A stretch of DNA of 64,000 nt from Nemertoderma westbladi (taxonomy: Eukaryota; Animalia; Xenacoelomorpha), in NCBI GenBank assembly GCA_032718475.1, contig JAUCBJ010007504.1:1-64000 (forward strand), read 5' to 3'. Shown here piece after piece: positions 22,940-33,755 of this stretch. Numbering within the stretch: position 1 is the first letter of the stretch; every line of letters starts with the position of its first letter. The notes beneath the pieces are model-generated. The model ran no database searches and had not been told where the DNA came from. It saw only the letters and a list, made by a program, of their open reading frames with translations. Made by a program: the position numbers and the translations under genes.

Positions 22940-23665
22940 GGTGGTGGAAGAAATTTTAAAATAGTAATGGTGATGGATTTAAGTATAATAATCAAATTTG
23001 TCGGTATAATGATAATATTATAAATACAATAACCTTACTTCGCCGTAGCTCGCCCCACAACTCATTAATGGCGCCCATATGCTAAGGCTTCACTCGCTTC
23101 ATGGCTCGCCCCATTTTTTCAATGTTGGAAAGGAATGAAGGGGACGTCGGGTGATGGCGGTAGTGGTAATGATGTTGTGGGTGAGGAAGAACTCACTTCA
23201 CGGCTCGCCCCCATAAGTCTGTGTTTATTTACCTTTTTTAGTTGTTGCGTCATAACCTTACTTCGGCGCTATCACTCACACTTCGACGCTATCACTCACT
23301 TCATGGCTCGCCCCATAGGTAGAATAATCAAATCATGTTAAAGACTTTTATAATAACAAACGTCTGCAACCCACTTACTATATTGGGTTTTACCTATTGC
23401 GGTTCAAGGTCAAACGCCGACCGGTAGACACGAATTAATTAAATTACTTCCGCCTGCAAACTGGCCTTATACCGCGTATGTCACATATATACACAGCGGT
23501 GACATATGTTACATATGCACAATGGTAACCATGGTAACCATAGTAAGTGGGTGGGGCAACAATAGTAATCATAGTAAGTAGGCGGGGCAAGAGCCGTTCG
23601 GCAAATTCTTTAACATGGTAGACTATGGCAGACGCTGTCTCAATCACGTTGTTTAGCCTACTACT

Positions 23666-26444
23666 ACCGGCATATAAGATGGTAGTAAAAAACATGGGGG
23701 CCAAGTCGTCTTCATTTGCGATGACTATGGTAGTGAGAGACACAGTTAAGGGAAAAGAAGATAGATACAGCACTAGGGCCGTCGATATGATTCGACGTGG
23801 TTTCTACATAGACGACGGAATGGGGTCTGGAAATACGGTTAAGGAGATACTGGACACAGGGCGCGAGGTTCGCGACATCCTAAAAGGATCCGTCTTTAAT
23901 CTGACCAAATTCCAATCCAGTTCGGAAGAATTTATCAAGGCAATAGAAGACAAGAGGCCAGAATCGACCATGGATAATCCAACAACAGTCAAAGGGCAGG
24001 ACATGGCGAATAAGAGAACACAATCTCAACAGAAGGCATTGGGAATCGTGTGGGATAGAGAGACAGACAAATTGAAGTATCAGCTGAGCCAGGAGGGCGC
24101 AGACACCCATACAAAGAGGGGCTATGTATCGTATATAGCAAGGATATACGATCCCCTAGGCCTAGCATCCCCATTATTAGTCACGGGGAAACAGATACTC
24201 AAGAGAGTATACAAATTGAAGGATGAGTGGGACGTAGAGGTACCAGAGGAAATCAAGAAACAGTGGAACAAGTGGACAGGAGACTTGGAGAAGATGGAAA
24301 CATACGACATGCCACGTGTGTATTTCCCGGATGGGAACATGACGAATCTGGACTTACACATGTTCTCCGATGCGTCGCTGGAGGCGTACGGAGCGGCACT
24401 CTACTTAGTACAACGAGAGGTGGCTCAAAAGCCCAGACTAGCCTTTAGCAAAGCAAAGTCGATGCCGCCAGATTCAGCATCTGTTCCCAAGTTGGAATTA
24501 ACAGCTGCGAGACTAGGAGTTAGAGCCACAGCCTACCTAGTGGATACTATTCCCAACATAGTGGAGACACACTACTGAACGGACTCCATGGTAGTGCTTG
24601 GTTGGCTACATAACGAAAGGACAAGATACCCGATATTCGTCGCGAATAGAGTGGACGAAATAAGAGCGACCACAGAACTGGAAAGGTGGCACTACTGCCC
24701 AACAGACAAGAACCCAGCGGACTTGCTGTCGAGGGGCGTGGAACGCCACTCTTTCTTGAAGAAGGAAGTATTGTGGCAACATGGGCCACAATTTCTGAGC
24801 GATAAGGAGGCCTGGCCGCCGATGAGAAAGGTGGAGCCGGGCTCAGAAGTAGTGTCAGAGGGAGAAGAAGGAGATTCAGAGGGAGAAGAGATATACTCCC
24901 AGATGGTGAGGGAGATTAGGGACGTGCAACCAAAATGAGAACTGTGCGATAACCCGACGGATAAACTCCTCAGCTACAGTTCTAGTTGGTATAAGACCAC
25001 GAAACTAGTGGCGTACTGGAGAGCTTTCGGGGATTTCCTCGCGGGAGTTGGCAAGGACAAGAAGATCAGGACAACCATAGATCTGGAAGGAGCGGCCAAG
25101 GCAGTGATCCGCTATGAACAACGGAAGAACTACGGCGACGAGGTGGAACGCGTCGGTAACCAACAGCACCTCCGACGGGACAGCGAGCTGATTACGCTGT
25201 CGCCACAACTCAATGACGATGGGATTCTAGTAATGAATTCTAGGGTGGGATATAACAACAGCATAGTCGTACCACCGAAACCCATCATCATTCCCACAGG
25301 ATCGCCAATAGTCCACCAGATTATCTGGGACTCCCACAAATCAATTTTGCATGGGGGCACCAACCAAACCCTCACAGAGATAAGGAGGACCTATTGGGTC
25401 AAACAACTGAGAAAGAAGGTAAAAGCGGTAGTGGGGCAGTGCCAGACCTGCCGACGAGCGAAGAAGGAGCGAGCCGTACAGGAGATGGCACCACTACCAG
25501 CGAGTAGGGTAAGACAGCACGACCCGCCATTTACGCATTGCGGTGTGGACATGTTCGGGCCGATAAAGATCAAAGTGATGCGACACACGGAGAAACGCTA
25601 CGGCATTATCTTCGTATGCAACAACACACGGGCAGTGGGGATAGAACTCGCCCAAGATGCAACCGCATCAGCATTCATTAATGCCTTAGAAAGGTTTAGA
25701 GACCGCAAAGGTGGGACGATCGCAGTGATATACAGCAACAACGGCACCAACTTTGTGGGCGCAGAGAGTGAGATGGCGGAGGCCTTGGACATCTTGGAAG
25801 GGGAGGAAGTCAGGGCGGCCATGAGACGACGACAGGTGAAGTGGGAGAGAAGGACGCCGTATGCACCACATACACTAGGATGCGTCGAGAGACTGGTGGG
25901 CAGTTCAAAGCGTCTAATGACGAAGTTAATGAACACCCACATGGTCACGGAGGACATCTTGAGGACAGTGCTTGCAAAGTGTGAGGGCATCATTAATAGT
26001 AGACCGCTATATCCGGAGAATGATGACCCTGAGTCACTAGACGTGCTGATGCCTAGCCACTTTCTGATGGAAAGGCCAGCAACCATCGATATGCAGGGTG
26101 TAAACCCAGATGACATACACTCTCGCCAGAGTTGGAAAGTCGCTAAAGCAATAAACGCAGAGTATTGGAGGAGGTGGGTCGAGGAATACCTACCCACGCT
26201 CCATAAAAGGAGTAAGTGGAGGAAACAAAATAGGGAGTTAAGAGAGGGAGATCTCGTAATCGTTACGGATGATACTATCATCAACAACCAGTGGCGGTTG
26301 GCGAGAGTTGTAGGCACCTACTCCGACGAGGACGGAAGAGTCCGATCGGTAGAAGTGCGGATAGGTGGCAAGATAGGTGCGAAGGACAGAAAAACCTACA
26401 GGAGAGCTGTGGGAAAATGCTGTCTGTTAGAAGGGGCACCTTAG
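23666..26444 (+). pseudogene. Bel/Pao pol fragment (RT C-terminal half, RNase H, integrase)
   Basis: YIDD, FSDAS, PKLEL, VDMFGP and VERLV motifs; in-frame TGA stops at 24576 and 24936; integrase SDSG changed to SNNG. Confidence 0.92.
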
Positions 26445-26594
26445 TAGAGTTAGAGAAAAGTTTAGTCGTCCAAGTTTTGGACTGAGGGGGGTGGGATTGA
26501 GGGCGAGACGCCCTTCCCACACAAATAAAATAAAATAAAATAAAAATAATAGTACGTAGTAGGTACGCAGTTAATAGGCAGAAGGTAGAAGTTG

Positions 26595-27135
26595 TTAGAA
26601 GGTACGTAGTACCTAGAGTTAGTTAATTAGTTAGGAGGTACGTAGTACCGTTAGGTTAGAAGAGTTAGAGGGTACGTAAGTACTGATAGTTAGTTAGAGT
26701 TAGAGTTAGAGGGTACGTAAGTACTGATAGTTAGTTAGAGTTAGAGTTAGAGGGTACATAAGTACCGCTAGTTAGTTAGAGTTAGAGTTAGAGGGTACGT
26801 AAGTACCGCTAGTTAGTTAGAGTTAGAGTTAGAGGGTACGTAAGTACCGCTAGTTAGTTAGAGTTAGAGGGTACGTAAGTACCGCAAGTTAGTTAGAGTT
26901 AGAGTTAGAGGGTACGTAGTACCGTTAGTTAGAGAAGAGTTAGAGTTAGAGGGTACGTAGTACCGTTAGTTAGAGAAGAGTTAGAGTTAGAGGGTACGTA
27001 GTACCGTTAGTTAGAGGAGAGTTAGAGGGTACGTAAGTACCGCTAGTTAGTTAGAGGAGAGTTAGAGGGTACGTAAGTACCGCTAGTTAGTTAGAGAAGA
27101 GTTAGATGGTACGTAGTACCGTTAGTTAGAGAGAG
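26595..27135. repeat. Internal tandem repeat (~31-37-bp unit)
   Basis: GTTAGAGTTAGAGGGTACGTAAGTACCGCTAGTTA variants, ~14 copies; homologous to the reverse complement of 8010-8570. Confidence 0.92.
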
Positions 27136-27630
27136 AGAGAGTAGGAGGTAGAAGGGTATATAAGATATATATATTAGTTAGCAGTAAGTAGCGTTAGTAG
27201 CGAGAGGGGGGCATATGAGTACAGCTGGATAAATCTTGTGGCCACACGACGCATACTGCTGTACTACATAGGCCCACAGAGTAGGCCAGAATGTGGATTA
27301 GAGAATAGAATAATCCATAGGCAACAGTAAGTAGTAGGACAGTAGGATTGAAATCAAAATAGATAAATAAATAGAATGGAGCTGAAAGTTACAAAATAAC
27401 GGCAACACAAGGAAAGTTGTTCTAGAACATAATAAAAGTAACGGACGGAAATTGTAAATTAGGCTCATTTACTAGCTTCAAGATTAATTAGCAATAAATT
27501 TAGGTTAAAAGGCGCAGTTAAGTAGAAATAGGCCATTATCGAACCGTACAGAACATCCTAGATACATCACTCATCTGTATTGCGCCTTAGTAAGGCACCA
27601 CCTTGCAGGTGAGCGAGTGTAGTGTTTGGA

Positions 27631-30177
27631 ATGGCGAGCAAGCTGATCAGAAAGAGGAAAGCGGAGTCAGGAGGAAAGGAGATACTGGTGGATTTCACCG
27701 AGAGGCATCCGGAAGAGAAGACGAAAGGATACTACGAGAGGTTGGAAAGGGGTCACGCGGCACGAGCGCTGCAGGATCACTTCCGGGAGATGCACAAACA
27801 GCGGCTGGTCGGGACCTACGGGATGCCGTCGCTGGACAACGCGATCTCCCGACACTTCCACTACGTAGTGAAAGGGGACGAGGCGAAGTTCGGGATTCCG
27901 AAATACCCGAGGGAATCACCGAGGAAGGACTGGAAGAGATTCATAGAGTCCGTCAATAGGGGAGGATATATGATCCTAGATGACGAGGGAACCGTGGAAG
28001 ACGAGGAGGGTTCGAGACGAGGATCGGCGGGGTCGGCCAGGACCATACTCCTACATTTGGCCGCGCCAAATGGGGACATCTTCTTATTCGATCTAGGAAC
28101 GTATGGGAAGAAGGACGGCCCGAAATTAAACCGATTGCCGAAAGCGGTACAAGTCTTGGTAAGAGAGAAGTCGACGACGAAAGTAGGATCGGCGATTCGC
28201 GAGGATGCGGAGAGAATCATCGGTCCGGACGCCACCAACCTCCTGGATATGCAAAAGGTCTTTATGGCTATGATGGCACCGGATGGGTTGGGGGTAGTCG
28301 GAAACACAGGCCAATGCGGGGCGGTGGCTATGGGCCAACTATTGGGGCTCGTGTGTCACAAACCGATGGACTGGGGGAAGTTCAGGGAAGAATACGGAGC
28401 AGAACTAGCAAACTCGCTAAAGTGGAGAGCGAGACCGGGAAAACAAGAGGTATATCAATTCCGCAGAGGAGCGATAAAGGTATATCAGAAGCGATATATC
28501 CTTCAGGAGGATTGGATGATGATAAGTTTGCTCAACTTATTCATGACCGTGGTTATCGAGAGGGAACCAGCGGCATTTCTATTATCGGGATCACCCCTAA
28601 GCTACAGGAGAGCCTTTAAAGTGGCCTTCGACGGTCTGGTAGACCACCTGGGGCTGAAGGGCGAGTCGGTGTACTACGACAGCCGACATCTAGTAGACGG
28701 GGAGATAGATACGCCGTATCAGAGATGGGAGCAGTTAGAGACGGATAGACGAGAAACAAAGCGACTGGAAGAAGTCGCTAGACGAGAGAGGATAGAAGCA
28801 GAGGAGAGGGAAGAGGAGGCCAGGACACAGAGTTACGGCTTCAAGGAACAGGCAGGCTTAGACGAGCTTCGTTGGACTTCATCGGGGAGTTCGGGTGAGT
28901 CTCTAGGGCGAGAACTGGGATGGACGGTGGGTTCACCGAAACAGTCGACGTCGGGGTTGCAAGCGATGCCCATACCAGGGGGCGCCGAGGGCGACCAACC
29001 ACTAAGAAAGTTAGGGGAGCTAGAGGGATGGAGAGCCACGGGCGAGAGCCAAGGCGGGAAAGGACATAGTGGATCCATCGGGATACTGGGGTTGGAACCA
29101 CTGTGAGAGGAGGATGAGGACGACGACGAGTTCGGGGAGATGCCGCCCATCGAGAGGATAGGCCACTCGGACACGGACTGGGTTGGCGGGAGGGTGGTGA
29201 CGACCAGTGGGGCGAGAGCCTTCTGGGAAAAACCCGGCAAGCGGGCCTGGGTGCATGAGGAGCCGGTGATGGATTTCGCGGGGAGCACTATCAGGTTGGG
29301 CGAGCAACCGGGGACGGCACCACGGGTAGTATTCGGAGAGACGATGCCCGGGAGGGGCGAGGAGATCGACGTAAACAGGGACGCTAAAGTCCAGAAGTTT
29401 GCCTATCAGCGACTCCACAGACCGCGGAGATTGCTTGGGACAAAAGACGACGTGGGGCGGGAGACCTTGGTACTCGGTTGCGACTACTGTGGGAGACAGA
29501 CCCACCAGGAAAGGAGCTGCTTGTACCGGTTCCAAAAGGGAACCTTTTGTCTCTACTGCCGAGAGTCGAGCCACAGGATGGGGGCGTGTCCACGGTTGCA
29601 TAACCGATGTCCAAAGTGCAACTTTCAGGGACACTTCGGACGCCAGTGCGACTGGATGGACGACGAAGAGAAGTTCAGGATCTTCGAGGAATGGGCCGAC
29701 GTCGGGGCGAGGACCCGGCAACGCATGAAGGCCCAGGAGTTCAAGTGGGGCTTTTTCCTTATCAATCAGGAGGCTCACATGGAAATCATAAAGTGGAGGC
29801 TACCGTTTACCTATCAAGAGGTAGCAACGGCGGCGTCGTATGCCGGAGTGATGAACACACAAAGATACTTGGACAGATGGAGCCCACAGAATCGAGGGGA
29901 GTTTAGGGATTTCTTGGCGGAGCACGTGAAACGAGCAATGAAGATGATCCTATGGGACGCCACAAGGGGGAGACAACAGGGCCACTCGGAGGGGCCACCG
30001 GCGAAGCGGTATCGGGCACTAATAACACCAGCGCCCAAGGAGCCAACAACCGGAATCAGCAGGGAGGTGGCGGCGAAAGTCCGAAAGCAGAAAGCGGATC
30101 CCAGAGGGGCGGTGGTAACCAAGAAACGACCCAGGGAAGAGGACGCCAGGGGGAACTATCCCCAGAGGAACAGATAG
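27631..30177 (+). pseudogene. Accessory ORF: DEDDy exonuclease + 3 CCHC knuckles (~848 codons, one in-frame TGA at 29104)
   Basis: MASKLIRKRK start; ExoI D-x-E at 27979-27987, ExoII D at 28204, ExoIII YILQED at 28495-28512; knuckles 29479-29649; the 27622 and 29140 ORFs share one frame. Confidence 0.82.
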
Positions 30178-30884
30178 GCTTACAGAGCCGAGGGAGAGAA
30201 ATTGGGACTTGGACGTGGTACGCCTGGAAGGCGCCGCGTGGGACGTACGAACTATTAAGTACAAATTTAATTAATGCAAATAATCATAATAAGTGCAATT
30301 TGTATGTACGTACGTAGTAATTAGCAGTAAAATACATACGTTCGGAGTAAGTACTATAGTCATACAACCTTTCTCAATTAGCTACTGGGACTGGGGGGAT
30401 AACTGACTATAGCACTATGGACGAGACACCAGACGATTTCACACTTCTTGAGTGCGACGGCACAAAAGGGGGGGGAGATTTGTCAGAAGGGGTGAGGAAG
30501 TCGAAGTGGGGTTGAGGGACGGAGTAATGGTGCAAAGTGCGGAGAGAGTGCGGACGCAATTCTAGTGTGGGGGGGGGGGAATGAGAGTTTGAGTGAAGGA
30601 CGAGGAGGTCCGAGGGTATGTGAGAGTTGGAGTGAGAGTGGAAGAGAGATAGGGCGAAAGTGTTGGGGAAACAAAAGTTGCGCGAGAGGTAAGCGCAATC
30701 GGCCCGACATGAGACACCAGGCATTAGGGTAGCGTTATCATACCCATAGGGAGCGGCCTGGACAGCCGACTCCGTGAGAAAAGATTTCCACCCCACACCC
30801 GATACTAGATCGGGATCCCGCGGGATTGCAGCGCACTTTTTGGTTGATGCTATCTTCTTACCGGGAAGATAGCATGGGGGGGAG

Positions 30885-31427
30885 TGTTAGCTTATTCAAT
30901 CCCGCTAACACCCTATAAATGTTAAGCCGATAAGCAATATTGGGGGCCACGAGATTGGGGTAATAACCAACTCGTGTCACCCCAACAAAATGGGAAGGTG
31001 AACAACACAACAAGGGTCAGGGGCCAAACCCCTAACCCAGAGAGAACAGGTGGAGTGAAGGGGATCACTCCAAGGGCGCCAACAAGGGTATCAACCAATC
31101 AGAGGGGGGGAAGCATCGATTGAGTAGCAATAAGGCCACCGTGCAATATAACCAGTAACCTGTAATCATATCACTTCAGTTATCTATTGGTGCTAGTTAG
31201 GTTAGTTAGTTTAGCTAGGGAAGGACCGGGACTTTAGTTACCGTATCCCGCCTTCTGCATACAACAACGTTATCTCAATTACACCTATATCTATATACCC
31301 TATATATCTATATCAGTCATTATATACAACGAACGACACGGATTCCCTTTTCTACCTTTCATACACACGGTGGGGACGAGTGAACTAAACAACAGATAAA
31401 TCGGGATCCTTCCTGGATCCCGTCACA
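30885..31427 (+). repeat. 3' LTR of Bel/Pao copy 2 (543 bp)
   Basis: TGTTAGCTTATTCAAT...GATCCCGTCACA immediately after GGGGGGGAG PPT. Confidence 0.88.
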
Positions 31428-32038
31428 GAAAACAAATCCAGAACAATTAAAATACATTTTACAACACTTAACATTATATAAGTATAATATATAATTATGG
31501 GAAAGGGTAGCAGCCAATAGCATAGCTAGTCGAGGGCTGCTACCGGTGGGAGGGTTTGGGGGATGGGGGGGGGGGGGGGGGGGGTGGGGTGGGGAGTGTG
31601 AGTGGGGTTTGGACTGTGACTTTACAATTTTGAACTTAACTTAAATTTTGTGGTCGTTTTTTTTTCAGTTAGCAGAAAATATCTAGATTCTTGTAGTCTA
31701 CACATCACCTGGCATAAACTAATCGGACGCACACACACAGTCGCACAGAGCTACAACAGGAATTAACAATTATTTAAAATTATAATGTTAGACCTGTTGT
31801 TTCCTTGTCCTGTTGTTTGAACGTACTACATATGTATTCTAGAATACACTATTTTATGAATTGTGCTAAAGTCAAGCAATGGAAAAAACGTGGCAAAAAC
31901 GCGGTGAAAACGTGGAAAAAAAGCGGCCAAAAATAAGGCAACCAAAATGGTCCTTAACGAAATAGGAAATGTCAGAGAACAACTGTTATTCTCATCCTAA
32001 ACCAATTATTCAAACCATTATTGGAATCCTGAAATAAT

Positions 32039-32902
32039 TAGGGTGGTGGGCTTTTCACTTTTTTTCGATTTCATTGTTCTACCGGTGCACAAAAGTTGAT
32101 AAATGGTAAAAAAGTAAGGCAAAAAAAATTATTTAAATTTCGTCTATATCTTCACGGATCCCAAGAGGGTTAAATTTTGAGCCGTCGCGATGCACCATAA
32201 TGAGATATATAACAATATAACACATTGATAAAAGATCAATGACTCAAAGAAAGAACTTCCTGCATGCATCAAATGTGATCAAATGGGTCCAAACTTAGTT
32301 AGATAGTTGGGACTAAGGGAAGTAGTGCCACAGGCACATAGCCAGAACCTACCCTTTGGCACAAGTGACTCTTATTCTCAATTTTGGTGATGGACAACTT
32401 TTAGGCTATAAAAAGGCTGTAATGTAGACTTGTGTCTGACTTCACTTTTTCTGCGATATCTCAAGAACTATTCGCTCTACGTTTGTTTTGAAGGTGTCTA
32501 CCCCCACTAAGTCGGTCATTGCGGTTATAATGTGCATAATATTAATGCCGTAGGAGAACTCAAAGTTGGCCATCGCGAAAATTGAGAATAATCTAGTGGC
32601 ACTAGTTCCATTGATCCAAAAAATTAAATTTTGGTATCTAACTAGGTTTGGACCAATTTGAAGACATTTGATGCAGGGAAGAAGTTCCTTCTTGAGTCTT
32701 TGATCTTTCATCAATGTGTTATATTGTTATATATCTCATTATGGTGCATCGCGACGGCTCAAAATGTCAACCCTCTTGGGATCTGTGAAGATATAGAGGA
32801 AATTTAAAGAAATTTTTTTTGCTTTATTTTTTTACCATTTGGCAACTTTTGTGCACCGGTAGAACAATGAAATCGAAAAAAAGTAAAAAACGAACCACCC
32901 TA
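32039..32902. mobile_element. Non-autonomous DNA transposon with ~265-bp TIRs, hAT-like
   Basis: TAGGGTGGT...ACCACCCTA termini; long imperfect inverted arms; 8-bp flanks GAAATAAT / GAAATCAT (1 mismatch). Confidence 0.8.
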
Positions 32903-33386
32903 GAAATCATTTTTTAATTTTTTTTGGCCAGACGAATCCAAGTAGGGTTAGAAGTTTAGACCAATAATGCTGGAATAGATTTAAGACATTTCTTGTCTTA
33001 GATTTTATATTCCCTATTTGAGGCCAAATTAAATTAAAAAAAACTATTATTATCATTGCTACTGTAGTTCTAGTTATAGAGTAGTTTATTGATTATTAGC
33101 CTAATAAACAATTATACCAAATACGGTATGTAACTAATAAACGAACGATACCTTAATTAACGATCAATATTAGACTAATATCAGACGCACGGCGCACATC
33201 GGATATCAGATTCAGACCATCTGAAGTCTGATTCCGTATGTAACGATGCACAATGCTCTTCAAATTCAGAGTTAAAAATCGGACACCTCTGACAGTCCAG
33301 ATAGTTTATACTCAAACAGACCATTGTATCAGATGTGAGGCACCTAGGAACGCTGTTTATATACAGTATCCCTGTCATATCATAGT

Positions 33387-33471
33387 CAGCTCATATCAGT
33401 TGTCCCCAGCTCTTATCAGTTGCCCCCAGCTCCTATCAGTTGTCCCCAGCTCCTATCAGTTGTCCCCAGCC
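33387..33471. repeat. 20-bp minisatellite, ~4 copies
   Basis: CAGCTCCTATCAGTTGTCCC repeated. Confidence 0.85.
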
Positions 33472-33755
33472 CCTTTTTGTAGTAGCATGTAAAATTATAT
33501 TTGAGACGATAACACTCAATAGTTTAACCACTTAAAAACAATAACTTCATATCAACACTAAATGATTAATATTGATTTAGTACATAAATGTATTAATGTT
33601 ATGTTATATTAAATTGTTATTATTATTTTATATCCACAGTATTGAATCGCAAACTTTCAACATTAAACTCAGATTCACCTGTAATGATTGGACTGGAAGG
33701 ATAAAGTAACGAACAATAATTATTATAATATATTCAAATGCGTGATCCAAGAAAA

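Larger units (their letters stand above)
19270..23665. mobile_element. Probable Maverick/Polinton terminal arm carrying accessory genes
   Basis: Ends CTACTACT (Polinton-type AGTAGT terminus) exactly where Bel copy 2 RT homology begins (23666); subterminal short repeats CCATGGTAA and CATAGTAAGTRGGYGGGGCAA; compact intronless TATA-driven virus-like genes. No pPolB, integrase or capsid gene and no left TIR in the window. Confidence 0.55.
23666..31427 (+). mobile_element. Bel/Pao LTR retrotransposon copy 2 (5' half missing) with extra 3' ORF
   Basis: Collinear with copy 1 from RT through accessory ORF, PPT (30876-30884) and LTR. Confidence 0.92.

Noticed and set aside
23625-23665. N-terminal extension MADAVSITLFSLLL of the 23625 ORF
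   Set aside because: Chance read-through from the Maverick-like terminus into Bel RT; homology to Bel copy 1 starts at ~23666.
27631-30177. Retroviral env gene in the third-ORF position
   Set aside because: No signal peptide, furin/fusion peptide pattern or C-terminal TM anchor; motifs fit an exonuclease plus zinc knuckles.
3670-31427. One giant TIR element formed by the two inverted Bel copies
   Set aside because: Arms are substantially diverged, especially the LTRs; outer flanks (ATTAC / GAAAA) are not a TSD; each arm is an ordinary LTR-element 3' end.
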